This document shows, in pieces, positions 8,791 through 17,566 of a DNA stretch of 64,000 nt. A program made the position numbers and the translations under genes. Location: positions 879 through 64,878 of the forward strand of contig JALEPO010000135.1 of assembly GCA_022768695.1 (NCBI GenBank). Direction: 5' to 3'. Position 1 is the first letter of the stretch, and every line of letters begins with the position of its first letter. The DNA is from Clostridia bacterium. Its GTDB lineage: Bacteria > Bacillota > Clostridia > UBA1381. The notes beneath the pieces were generated by a model. It did not search any database, was not told the origin of the DNA, and saw only the letters and a list, made by a program, of their open reading frames with translations.

Positions 8791-9689
8791 TAGAAAGCTT
8801 AATTATCGGTATACTTGAGCAGGGCCTAATTTATGGAATAATGGCTATGGGTGTGTATATCACCTATACCATACTTGATTTCCCCGATTTATCTGTGGAC
8901 GGAACATTCCCTCTCGGTATTGCAGTATGCTTCGTTATGATTAATAACGGTCTTAATCCGTGGCTGGCGCTTCTTGCGGCTTTTGCGGCAGGCTGTATTG
9001 CCGGCGCGTTTACCGGACTGTTAAACGTAAAACTAAAAATACGAAATCTGCTTTGCGGTATTCTTACCATGACGGCGCTGTATTCAATAAATTACAGTAT
9101 TGTCGGAAAGGCGTCAGATTTTCTGAGTATGGATACAACCACTATTTTTTCTCAGACAGCCTTCCTGTTTGGTGACGGACATTTTGCATTGTATTCAAAG
9201 CTGATTGTTATACTTGTAATCGCCTTGGCTGCAAAGTTTGCGCTGGATTGGTATATGCGTACTAAGTCGGGATTTTTATTGAGAAGTGTCGGCGATAATG
9301 AGGGACTTGTGATAACACTTGCGCAAAATCCCGGAACTATCAAGATAATAGGTCTTTCGATTGCAAATGGGCTTGTAGCCCTTGCCGGAGCTGTTTACTG
9401 TCAGTATGGAAAGGCATTTAATGTCGGTTCGGGTACGGGTACTGTTGTTATGGGACTTGCGGCGGTTATTATCGGCGCAACGGTATTTAAGAAGGTTAAA
9501 TTCCTGCGTGTAACAACAGGCGTTTTATTCGGCATGATTGCGTATAAGGCTTGTATCTCAATTGCGCTTGCGTTAGGTCTGCGGTCGCAGGATACAAATC
9601 TTATGATAACGATTTTATTTATCGCAACGCTTGTGCTCAATGAGTTTGTGTTAAAGAAAAAGAAAGCCGGGGTGAAAGAAAATGCTTGA
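8787..9689 (+). CDS. ABC transporter permease (COG4120-type)
   Basis: 300-aa polytopic membrane protein. GTGA start/stop overlap with the binding-protein gene. Confidence 0.8.
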   Translation: MIESLIIGILEQGLIYGIMAMGVYITYTILDFPDLSVDGTFPLGIAVCFVMINNGLNPWLALLAAFAAGCIAGAFTGLLNVKLKIRNLLCGILTMTALYSINYSIVGKASDFLSMDTTTIFSQTAFLFGDGHFALYSKLIVILVIALAAKFALDWYMRTKSGFLLRSVGDNEGLVITLAQNPGTIKIIGLSIANGLVALAGAVYCQYGKAFNVGSGTGTVVMGLAAVIIGATVFKKVKFLRVTTGVLFGMIAYKACISIALALGLRSQDTNLMITILFIATLVLNEFVLKKKKAGVKENA

Positions 9690-10455
9690 GCTTTCAAACA
9701 TATACAAAACCTTTAATCAGGGAACAATTGATGAAAAGGTGCTTTTCTCGGATTTCAACCTGACAATAAATGACGGCGATTTTGTGGGAGTTATCGGCTC
9801 AAACGGTTCGGGAAAAACAACAATGCTTAATATTATTTCGGGTGATATGCCTATTGACGGCGGAAATGTTGTTCTTGATGGAGCAGTGCTTAATAATCAG
9901 AAAAACTTTAAACGCGCGAAGAAGATTGGCAGAGTTTTTCAAAATCCGTCAATGGGAACCTGCCCGTCAATGACAATTTGGGAAAATATGTCGATTGCGG
10001 ATAATAAGGGTAAGACTTTTGGTTTATCCTTTGGGTTAAACCGTCAGAGAAAGGATTTTTATTGCTCACAGCTTGAGCTGTTGGGTATGGGGTTAGAAAA
10101 CCGTCTTTCTACTCCGGCAGGTTCATTGTCGGGCGGACAAAGACAGGCTCTTGCACTGATCATGGCAACAATGATAAGACCTGACTTGTTGCTGCTTGAT
10201 GAGCATACGGCGGCACTTGATCCGAAATCCTCGGATACGGTTATGATGCTGACGGAAAAAATTGTAAGGGAAAAGAACATAACAACGCTTATGGTAACAC
10301 ATAATCTCCGCCATGCCATCGAATACGGTACGCGTACAATTATGATGCATGACGGCAACGCAATTATGGACGTAAGCGGCGAAGAAAAAATCGGTAAAAC
10401 CATTAATGATTATCTAAAGGTATTCAACGAAATAAGTATTGAATGCGGAAATTAA
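9682..10455 (+). CDS. ABC transporter ATP-binding protein (COG1101-type)
   Basis: Walker A GSNGSGKTT, signature LSGGQRQ and Walker B LLLLDEHTAALD. Overlaps the permease gene by 8 nt. Confidence 0.85.
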   Translation: MLELSNIYKTFNQGTIDEKVLFSDFNLTINDGDFVGVIGSNGSGKTTMLNIISGDMPIDGGNVVLDGAVLNNQKNFKRAKKIGRVFQNPSMGTCPSMTIWENMSIADNKGKTFGLSFGLNRQRKDFYCSQLELLGMGLENRLSTPAGSLSGGQRQALALIMATMIRPDLLLLDEHTAALDPKSSDTVMMLTEKIVREKNITTLMVTHNLRHAIEYGTRTIMMHDGNAIMDVSGEEKIGKTINDYLKVFNEISIECGN

Positions 10456-10468
10456 TAGCGAATAAAAA

Positions 10469-10496
10469 GGATTTTGCAGCTGCAAAATCCTTTTTT
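10469..10496 (+). terminator. Rho-independent terminator of the ABC importer operon
   Basis: GGATTTTGC-AGCT-GCAAAATCC followed by T6. Confidence 0.75.
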
Positions 10497-10506
10497 GATG
10501 TTTGTT

Positions 10507-10546
10507 TTACAATTATTTTACAATGAAATTACATTTTAGTTACAAT
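10507..10546. repeat. Four tandem 11-bp direct repeats (TTACAAT/TTACATT core)
   Basis: TTAC starts at 10507, 10518, 10529 and 10540, an exact 11-bp period: TTTTACAAT-TA-TTTTACAAT-GA-AATTACATT-TT-AGTTACAAT. Confidence 0.6.
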
Positions 10547-10609
10547 GCACAAAAAAGGATATAGAATTTTGTGTAAAATGGTAATTCACATAAAAAGTAA
10601 AAAAAATTG

Positions 10610-10639
10610 TGCAAAAATACTGCAAAAACACTTGCAAAA
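10610..10639. repeat. Three phased TGCAAAA direct repeats
   Basis: TGCAAAA at 10610, 10621 and 10633 (11- and 12-bp spacing), just upstream of candidate promoters of the BMC operon. Confidence 0.5.
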
Positions 10640-10736
10640 CATATGGTTTTTGTGATATTATAATAACATCTTATAGTATAGCTGTGCATGATGCGGCTAT
10701 GGTTAAAAAAACCTGTAAAAATAGGTCAAAATCCTC

Positions 10737-10765
10737 TTTACAACTATAGTAAAAAGATGTATAAT
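10737..10765 (+). promoter_or_regulatory. Candidate sigma-A promoter of the BMC operon (TTTACA-17-TATAAT)
   Basis: TTTACA at 10737-10742, a 17-nt spacer, and TATAAT at 10760-10765. An A-rich ~45-nt leader runs to the aldolase RBS. Confidence 0.5.
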
Positions 10766-10815
10766 AAAAGAAAAACAAAATAAAACCAAATAAAACAAAG
10801 AAAAGAGGGAAAAAC

Positions 10816-11697
10816 ATGTTCAAATCTGATTACGAAATCAAAAAAGAACTATGCGAAGTTGGTAAGAAAATCTATAATGACGGTTTTGTTGCCGCAAATG
10901 ACGGTAACTTTTCAGTTCAGATAGATAAGGATACATACTTCGTGACTCCAACAGGCGTATCAAAGGGATTTATGACTCCTGATATGATTTGTAAGGTTGA
11001 CGGCAAGGGTAATCTTAAGGAGGCTAACGGTCCTTGGAAGCCTTCATCGGAATTTAAGATGCATCTTAAGGTATATGAGCAGAGACCTGACGTAAAGGCT
11101 GTTGTTCACGCTCATCCTCCGATTGCCACATCATTTGCTATCGCAGGTATTCCGCTTGATAAGCTAATAATGCCTGAGGCCATTATCTTCCTTGGCGCAG
11201 TGCCTATCGCTCAGTACGGTACACCGTCAACAATGGAAATCCCTGAATCACTTGAACCGTATCTTCAGGATTACGACGCAGTTCTTCTTGCAAACCACGG
11301 TGCGCTTTCATTCGGATGCGACCTTAATACTGCATTTTTCAGAATGGAATCAACAGAATTTTATGCTAAGCTGTTATTCTACGCAAGAATGCTTGGCGGT
11401 GAAAAGGAAATTCCTTGCGGTGAGGTTAAGAAGCTTGTTGACCTTAGAAAGCAGTTTGGCGTTCCGGGTAAGCACCCAATGGAAAAGCTTTGTCCGGGCT
11501 GCTATGCTGGTGATGATACTTGCTCAATGTCACCTACAGAAGCAAATGAAAAGTACGGTGTAGAATCATCGGCGGCATATCATGGCTTCCAGCCGCTTCC
11601 TTCACAGGTTTGTCCGACTACAGCTTCAAACAACAAGGATTTGGAAAGCCTTGTAGCCGAGGTAACAAAGAAGGTATTGGAGCAGTACAATAAATAA
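10816..11697 (+). CDS. Class II (fuculose/rhamnulose-1-phosphate-type) aldolase with C-terminal BMC encapsulation peptide
   Basis: Aldolase_II motifs GNFSV, VVHAHPP and LLANHGALSFG. An ~80-aa C-terminal extension ends in the amphipathic helix DLESLVAEVTKKVLEQY. Confidence 0.85.
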   Translation: MFKSDYEIKKELCEVGKKIYNDGFVAANDGNFSVQIDKDTYFVTPTGVSKGFMTPDMICKVDGKGNLKEANGPWKPSSEFKMHLKVYEQRPDVKAVVHAHPPIATSFAIAGIPLDKLIMPEAIIFLGAVPIAQYGTPSTMEIPESLEPYLQDYDAVLLANHGALSFGCDLNTAFFRMESTEFYAKLLFYARMLGGEKEIPCGEVKKLVDLRKQFGVPGKHPMEKLCPGCYAGDDTCSMSPTEANEKYGVESSAAYHGFQPLPSQVCPTTASNNKDLESLVAEVTKKVLEQYNK

Positions 11698-11721
11698 GAA
11701 TGAGCAGGGAGGACATGAACA

Positions 11722-12276
11722 TTGAAATCAATAGATGAAATGCTTGATGCGGTTGCTAAAAATCTGCATACGGCGCCTCCTGAAAATAAATCTGTAGAAA
11801 CAAAAAAAAATCCGAAAATTACGGTATCAGAATCCGGAAATAAGGCAAAAATCGAACCGGTTCCGTGCTATGACAAGCTGACGCTTAATCTTGCAAAGGA
11901 AATTTCCTATGCGGTGGAAAGAGCGGCTGAACAACTTGGTGTCAATGCGGTAATTGCGCTTTGTGACGATGGCGCAAATCTCATATTGCTTCACGCAATG
12001 GAGGACAGCTACATAGCAAGCATTAAAGTATCTCAGGATAAGGCATATACTGCGGTTGCACTAAAGATGTCTACAGACGCTGCTTTGAGGGAATCAAGAG
12101 GCGGCGCGCTTGACGGATTGACTAACGGAAACGGAATTATGCTTCTCGGCGGCGGTGAGCCTCTGTCGAGCAATGGAAAGATTTTTGGCGGAATAGGCGT
12201 TTCGGGTGGAACAAAGGAGCAGGATATAGTCCTTTCTAAGCTGGGAGCGGAGTATTTCCGGGCAAGAATTAAATAA
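11722..12276 (+). CDS. DUF336 / GlcG / PduO-C-like heme-binding-fold protein with N-terminal encapsulation peptide
   Basis: TTG start 8 nt after AGGGAGGA. The N-terminal helix SIDEMLDAVAKNL is followed by a linker, then the DUF336 core (AVIALCDDGANL..., GGGEPL, GGIGVSGG). Confidence 0.75.
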   Translation: MKSIDEMLDAVAKNLHTAPPENKSVETKKNPKITVSESGNKAKIEPVPCYDKLTLNLAKEISYAVERAAEQLGVNAVIALCDDGANLILLHAMEDSYIASIKVSQDKAYTAVALKMSTDAALRESRGGALDGLTNGNGIMLLGGGEPLSSNGKIFGGIGVSGGTKEQDIVLSKLGAEYFRARIK

Positions 12277-12294
12277 AGGAGGTCAGAGTTTTTC

Positions 12295-13722
12295 ATGGTA
12301 GACGAAAAAAAGGTAAGCGAAATTGTTAAAAACGTATTATCAGGCATGGATTTGTCAGCTTATGACGTTAAGCCGAAAAGAAAGCAAATTGGTGTTTTCG
12401 ATACAATGGAGGAAGCTATTGCGGCTTGTAACAAGGCTTACACAGTTTTTAGACATTATAATAAAGAACAGAGAGAAAACATAATAAATGAAATCAGACG
12501 TTTAACTCATGAAGAGGCTGAAACAATGGCAAAGCTTGCTGTTGAGGATACAAAGATGGGTAACGTTTATCATAAGATTTTAAAGCATCATCTTGTTGCA
12601 GATAAAACCTTGGGTACGTCAGATCTTGAAACAAGAGCTCTTGCAGGCGACAGAGGTCTGACGCTTGTTGAGATGGCTCCGTTCGGAATTATCGGCGCAA
12701 TCACACCGTCAACAAATCCAAGCTGTACAGTAATCTGTAACAGTATCTGTATGCTTGCCGGCGGTAACGGTGTTTTGTTCAATCCTCATCCACACGCAAA
12801 GAGAATTTCAGCGTATGCGGTAGATCTTGTAAACAGAGCCGTTCTTGCGGCAGGAGGTCCTGAAAATATCGTTGCCACTGTTGCTAATCCTACAATGGAA
12901 ACATCTAATAAGATGGTGAATGACCCGTCTGTAAGAATGCTTGTTGCAACAGGCGGACCGGGTGTTGTAAAAATGCTTCTTTCATCCGGCAAGAAGGCAA
13001 TCGGCGCAGGTGCGGGCAATCCTCCGGTTGTAGTTGACGATACAGCGGATATTCCTAAGGCGGGCAAGGACATTATCGATGGATGTACCTTTGATAATAA
13101 CCTTCCGTGTATTGCTGAGAAGGAATGCTTTGTAATGAGAAATGTTGCAGATGAATTAATTCATCATATGATTAAAAACGGTGCATATCTTATCAACGAG
13201 CAGCAGGTTAAGCAGCTTGAGGACGTTGTTCTTGTATGGTCAAAGCCTAAAAAAGAGGGCGATAAGCCAAGACGCGTTATCAATAAGGACTGGGTTGGCC
13301 GTGACGCTAAGAAAATCCTTGCGCAGATTGGTATTCAAGCAAAGGATGACGTAAGATGTATTATATGTGAAACAGAATTTTCACAGGCTTTTGTTCAGAC
13401 AGAGCTTATGATGCCTATTCTTCCTATTGTAAGAGTAGACACATTTGAGGAAGCTGTTGAAATGGCAGTTAAGGCTGAACACGGCAATCGTCACAGTGCG
13501 CATCTTCATTCAAAGAATGTTGATCATATGACGCAGTATGCAAAGGCAATTTGTACAACAATTTTTGTAAAGAATGCTCCGTCATATGCGGGAATCGGCT
13601 TCAATGCCGAGGGCTGGACAACCTTTACGATTGCAGGTCCTACAGGTGAGGGTATTACATCACCGAGAAGCTTTACGCGTCAGAGAAGATGCGTGCTTTC
13701 GGATGCTCTAAACATAGTCTGA
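12295..13722 (+). CDS. CoA-acylating aldehyde dehydrogenase (PduP/EutE-like) with N-terminal encapsulation peptide
   Basis: N-terminal KKVSEIVKNVLSGM helix. ALDH core with GAGAGNPP and the catalytic Cys context NLPCIAEKE, typical of BMC AldDH. Confidence 0.85.
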   Translation: MVDEKKVSEIVKNVLSGMDLSAYDVKPKRKQIGVFDTMEEAIAACNKAYTVFRHYNKEQRENIINEIRRLTHEEAETMAKLAVEDTKMGNVYHKILKHHLVADKTLGTSDLETRALAGDRGLTLVEMAPFGIIGAITPSTNPSCTVICNSICMLAGGNGVLFNPHPHAKRISAYAVDLVNRAVLAAGGPENIVATVANPTMETSNKMVNDPSVRMLVATGGPGVVKMLLSSGKKAIGAGAGNPPVVVDDTADIPKAGKDIIDGCTFDNNLPCIAEKECFVMRNVADELIHHMIKNGAYLINEQQVKQLEDVVLVWSKPKKEGDKPRRVINKDWVGRDAKKILAQIGIQAKDDVRCIICETEFSQAFVQTELMMPILPIVRVDTFEEAVEMAVKAEHGNRHSAHLHSKNVDHMTQYAKAICTTIFVKNAPSYAGIGFNAEGWTTFTIAGPTGEGITSPRSFTRQRRCVLSDALNIV

Positions 13723-13851
13723 TAATTAAAGGCATGAAAGCCGCGCTTTGTGTGCGGCGGATTATTATTGCTTTTATGCGGCGGTGCAAACTGCTGCTTG
13801 AATATACAACGGGCGATGCCCGTTATTAAAAAGAAAAGGAGTTGGTTTACC

Positions 13852-15093
13852 TTGACTATAAATGAAAATGAAATTGCTTCATTAGTACAGCAGGTTCTTA
13901 AGGAAATGACCGGCGGCGCTCCGGCGGCTGCTCCTCAGAAAAAGTGCGGCGGAAACTGCTCATGCGGCGGCGCAAAGGGAGCTATTCCAAAAACTGCAAG
14001 GGTTGCAATGATGACAGCTCTTAAGAAGTTTGAAATTCAGGAATATCCTATCCCTGAGCTTGGCGATGACGACATCCTTGTTAAGGTTGAGGGCTGCGGT
14101 GTTTGCGGCACAGATGCTCACGAATATAAAAATGACCCGTTCTCACTTATTCCTGTAGTTCTTGGTCACGAGGGTACAGGCGAAATCGTTGCAATGGGCA
14201 AGAATGTTAAGAAGGACAGCGCAGGCAAGCCTCTTAATATCGGTGATAAGGTTGTTACTTGTATGATATTCAAGGACAATCCTGATATCACAATGTTTGA
14301 CCTTAATAAGCAGAATGTAGGCGGCGCTGATGTTTACGGACTTCTTCCTGACGACGACATTCACTTGAACGGCTGGTACAGTGATTACATATTTATCAGA
14401 GGCGGTTCAACTGTATTTAATGTAAGCGATCTTGATCTTGACTCAAGAATTCTTATTGAGCCATGTGCGGTTCTTGTACACGCTGTTGAAAGAGCTAAGC
14501 TTACAAATATTCTGAGATTTAACTCAAGAGTAGTTGTTCAGGGCTGCGGACCTATCGGTCTTATCTGTATTGCGGTTCTTCGCACGATGGGTATTGAAAA
14601 TATCGTTGCTGTTGACGGTAACGAACAGCGTCTTGAATTTGCAAAGAGAATGGGTGCAAATCAGACTGTAAACTTTATGAACCATAAGGGTATAGACGCT
14701 CTTACGGGTGCGGTTGAGAACGCATTCGGCGGCTATCTTGCAGATTTTGCTTTCCAGTGTACAGGCTCTCCTGTTGCTCACAGCAATATCTATAAGTTTA
14801 TCAGAAACGGCGGCGGTCTTTGTGAATTAGGCTTCTTCATTAACGGTGGTGACGCTACAATTAATCCTCACTTTGACCTTTGCTCAAAGGAAATTACACT
14901 TGTAGGCTCATGGGTTTACACATTGAGAGATTATGCTACAACATTTGATTTCTTAAAGAGAGCAAATGCAATCGGTCTTCCTATAAAGGAACTGATTACA
15001 CATAAGTTCGGACTTGATGAAATGAATGAAGCATTAGAAACAAATCTGGCTCAGAAGGGCCTTAAGATTGCGTATGTGAATAAGGAATTCTAA
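13852..15093 (+). CDS. Zn-dependent medium-chain alcohol dehydrogenase with N-terminal encapsulation peptide and Cys-rich linker
   Basis: Start trimmed to TTG 13852 (AAAGGAG upstream). Contains the helix EIASLVQQVLKEM, the linker KKCGGNCSCGG, and then a GroES-like/Zn-ADH core (GCGVCGTDAHEY, GHEGTGE, GCGPIG). Confidence 0.8.
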   Translation: MTINENEIASLVQQVLKEMTGGAPAAAPQKKCGGNCSCGGAKGAIPKTARVAMMTALKKFEIQEYPIPELGDDDILVKVEGCGVCGTDAHEYKNDPFSLIPVVLGHEGTGEIVAMGKNVKKDSAGKPLNIGDKVVTCMIFKDNPDITMFDLNKQNVGGADVYGLLPDDDIHLNGWYSDYIFIRGGSTVFNVSDLDLDSRILIEPCAVLVHAVERAKLTNILRFNSRVVVQGCGPIGLICIAVLRTMGIENIVAVDGNEQRLEFAKRMGANQTVNFMNHKGIDALTGAVENAFGGYLADFAFQCTGSPVAHSNIYKFIRNGGGLCELGFFINGGDATINPHFDLCSKEITLVGSWVYTLRDYATTFDFLKRANAIGLPIKELITHKFGLDEMNEALETNLAQKGLKIAYVNKEF

Positions 15094-15159
15094 ATTTTCC
15101 GATTGATACATACGCGAGTATGTATCGGTTACGAATTTTAAGAAAAGGGAGGATTACTT

Positions 15160-15501
15160 ATGAACGAAGCAATCGGAATTATCGAAATGTATGGCTTTGT
15201 TTCGGCAATTACCGCGGCGGACGCAGCTGCAAAGGCTGCTGATGTAAAGGTCATTGCGATTGATTCAAACAAGCCTGCCAATGCGGAGTCTGTAGAGGTG
15301 CCGCTGATTATGGCTGTTAAAATTCAGGGCAGCGTATCAGCAGTTACCGCGGGCGTTGAAGCTGCGGCGCAGGCTGCCGAAAGCGTTTCGGGACTTATAA
15401 ATAAGCACGTTATAGCAAGCCCTACCGACGATGCTCAAAAAATGGCGCTGCGTGTCAGTGTCGGACGAGATAAGGTCGGTCATATAAAAAACAATGCTTA
15501 A
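15160..15501 (+). CDS. BMC-H shell protein (divergent, with internal insertion)
   Basis: BMC domain IGIIEMYGFVSAITAADAAAKAADV...AVKIQGSVSAV. RBS GGGAGGA. Confidence 0.8.
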   Translation: MNEAIGIIEMYGFVSAITAADAAAKAADVKVIAIDSNKPANAESVEVPLIMAVKIQGSVSAVTAGVEAAAQAAESVSGLINKHVIASPTDDAQKMALRVSVGRDKVGHIKNNA

Positions 15502-15631
15502 GGAGGACGATGTTTGGAAAAAATTCATTGCATCTTGTGCGTTTTCACTCGTTGTATAAAATGTGTTTGAATGCACAGACTGCTTAGAGAATTTTTACCA
15601 AACGGCTCTGTTGAAAGGAGTTAGATATTAA

Positions 15632-15901
15632 ATGCAAGCGCTTGGATTTATTGAAACAAGAAGTCTGACCGGTGCAATCGAGGCCTCCGACGCAATGACA
15701 AAGGCTGCGGATGTAGTCCTTGTCGGAACTGAAAAAATCGGTTCGGGGCTGGTGAATGTAGTGGTTAAAGGCGATGTTGACGCTGTCAGAGCGGCTGTTG
15801 AGGCAGGCGAGGCAGTTGCAAAGGAAATAGGTGAGGTATATGCGGTGCACGTTATACCAAGACCACATGATGATGTCGCTAAAATCCTGCCTTCAATTTA
15901 A
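15632..15901 (+). CDS. BMC-H shell protein (PduA/EutM-like)
   Basis: Canonical 89-aa BMC domain: [26 protein letters not shown]...VVKGDVDAV...HVIPRPH. Confidence 0.9.
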   Translation: MQALGFIETRSLTGAIEASDAMTKAADVVLVGTEKIGSGLVNVVVKGDVDAVRAAVEAGEAVAKEIGEVYAVHVIPRPHDDVAKILPSI

Positions 15902-15919
15902 TATGGGGAGGTAGAGATT

Positions 15920-16345
15920 ATGAATTATTCTTTGGGACTTGTTGAGGTCAGCGCATTGGGAAATGCGATTATAATGCTTGACGATATGCTCAAGGTTGCA
16001 GACGTTGAATTTGTTGCCACTGAGAGAAAGCTTGGCGGAAGATTGGTAACAATCGTGGTTAAAGGCGAGCTTACGGCAGTAAAGGCTTCGGTTGAAGCAG
16101 GAGTTGCTTCGGCTAAGGAGAACGATTGCTACAAGGCATCGCAGGTTATTGCAAGACCTCACGAGGAAATTTTAAAATTCCTGCATCTTGATGAGGATAA
16201 CGAACCCGAGCCTACATCAGAAATTGCGGGAACTCATGTCGGAGCTGTTGCAAAGAAAACAGCCGACTCCGATAATGAAGAAGATACCGGAGCTGCAAAA
16301 GCGCCGGCAAGAAAAAGACGGGGCAGACCGAAGAAGTCTGAATAA
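15920..16345 (+). CDS. BMC-H shell protein with ~50-aa acidic-then-basic C-terminal tail ending in an AT-hook-like RKRRGRPKK
   Basis: BMC domain LGLVEVSALGNAIIMLDDMLKVADV...VVKGELTAV...ARPHEE. Tail: DEDNEPEPTSEIAG...DSDNEEDTGAAKAPARKRRGRPKKSE. Confidence 0.85.
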   Translation: MNYSLGLVEVSALGNAIIMLDDMLKVADVEFVATERKLGGRLVTIVVKGELTAVKASVEAGVASAKENDCYKASQVIARPHEEILKFLHLDEDNEPEPTSEIAGTHVGAVAKKTADSDNEEDTGAAKAPARKRRGRPKKSE

Positions 16346-16429
16346 ATAAGTTCTAAAAGCCTATGGCTTTCAGATATAAAAAAATAAGTAAATTAGGGCA
16401 GATGCCCGAAAAATAAGGAGGAAAATACA

Positions 16430-16705
16430 ATGGCAGTAGAAGCATTAGGTATGGTAGAAACAAGAGGTTTGGTAGCAGCAATCGAGGCAGCAGATGCAAT
16501 GGTTAAGGCTGCAAACGTTACATTAATCGGAACAGAGAGAATCGGTTCAGGTTTGGTAACTGTTATGGTTAGAGGTGATGTCGGCGCTGTTCAGGCTGCA
16601 ACAGATGCAGGCGCAGCAGCAGGCTCAAGATTAGGTGAATTAGTATCAGTTCACGTAATTCCTCGTCCACATGGCGATGTAGAAAAGATTCTACCGGAAG
16701 TTTAA
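16430..16705 (+). CDS. BMC-H shell protein (PduA-like, probably the major shell protein)
   Basis: Canonical [26 protein letters not shown]...MVRGDVGAV...HVIPRPH. Strong RBS AAGGAGGA. Confidence 0.9.
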   Translation: MAVEALGMVETRGLVAAIEAADAMVKAANVTLIGTERIGSGLVTVMVRGDVGAVQAATDAGAAAGSRLGELVSVHVIPRPHGDVEKILPEV

Positions 16706-16715
16706 TTAATAACAG

Positions 16716-16751
16716 GGTATCGCCGCAAAAATAATTTTTTGCGGCGGTATC
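16716..16751 (+). other. Strand-specific intra-operon stem-loop after the major shell gene
   Basis: GGTATCGCCGCAAAAA pairs with TTTTTGCGGCGGTATC. Two G-U pairs exist only on the + strand. There is no trailing U-tract. Confidence 0.5.
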
Positions 16752-16784
16752 TTAAAAAACCCAAATCAGTGGAGGATTATTGGA

Positions 16785-17423
16785 ATGGATAAGAATTTAG
16801 AAAATTTAATTGCAAAAACAGTTGTTGATATATTAAAGCAGAAGGAAGCAAGCGAAGGCATAAAAGTCGGAGTATCCGCAAGACACGTGCATCTTTCACA
16901 GGCTGATTTGGAGACCTTATTTGGTAAAGGTCATGAGCTTACACCGAAAAAAATGCTTATGGGCGACCAGTTTGCGGCTGAGGAGTGTGTAACACTTGTA
17001 AGTCCGTCGCTTCGTACTATTGAGGGAGTAAGAGTGTTGGGTCCTGTCCGTAAGGAATCACAGGTTGAAATTTCAAGAACTGATACCTTTAAATTAAAGG
17101 TTAGTCCGCCGGTTCGTCCTTCAGGCGAGTTAAAGGGTTCGGCGCCTATGGCATTAGTCGGACCGAAGGGCAGTGTATTTTTAAATGAGTGCTGCATTAT
17201 TGCTAACAGACATATACATATGACTCCGGCTGACGCAGCTAAATATGATGTAAAGGATAACGATATTGTTGATGTGGAAATAGAAAATTCAAAGCCGACT
17301 CGTTTTTATAACGTGCAGGTTCGCGTTAGAGAGGATTTTAATACCGAGATGCACATCGACACAGATGACGCAAATGCCTGTGCTATAAAAACAGGTGATT
17401 TCGTTAAAATTTTGAATAAGTAA
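16785..17423 (+). CDS. pduL: Phosphate acyltransferase PduL
   Basis: Duplicated PduL motifs GVSARHVHLSQADLETLFG and ANRHIHMTPADA. Confidence 0.9.
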   Translation: MDKNLENLIAKTVVDILKQKEASEGIKVGVSARHVHLSQADLETLFGKGHELTPKKMLMGDQFAAEECVTLVSPSLRTIEGVRVLGPVRKESQVEISRTDTFKLKVSPPVRPSGELKGSAPMALVGPKGSVFLNECCIIANRHIHMTPADAAKYDVKDNDIVDVEIENSKPTRFYNVQVRVREDFNTEMHIDTDDANACAIKTGDFVKILNK

Positions 17424-17566
17424 ATAACATTTATAACGAGGGTTAAATATCCGTCTTATGTTATAAGACAACTATTAAACAGTATACGGAGTATGTGTTC
17501 CGAATTGGCTGTGTATTATAAGGGAACTGCTGTTCCTAAAAAACTTGTTATAAAGGATGAATAGAT

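Noticed and set aside
11798-11810. An A-rich tract (aaacaaaaaaaaa, containing an A9 run) inside the DUF336 gene linker, considered as a possible slipped-strand phase-variation switch.
   Set aside because: It is a single moderate homopolymer in an AT-rich genome. There is no evidence of alternative frames that would give a sensible product. It cannot be assessed without population data.
12786-13073. Antisense or out-of-frame track ORFs lying inside well-supported genes. Examples are 12786-13073(-), 19459-19911(-), 44207-44731(+), 50933-51472(-), 30541-30924(-), 10059-10403(-), 8864-9070(-) and 6940-7404(+).
   Set aside because: Each lies entirely within, or mostly over, a gene with clear family motifs on the other frame or strand. 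None has an RBS, and their composition is typical of shadow ORFs.
15510-15587. A 25-codon ORF (MFGKNSLHLVRFHSLYKMCLNAQTA) in the 130-nt gap between the first two shell genes, just after AGGAGG.
   Set aside because: The SD-to-ATG spacing is only about 3 nt, and the peptide has no recognisable feature. Coding cannot be supported from sequence alone.
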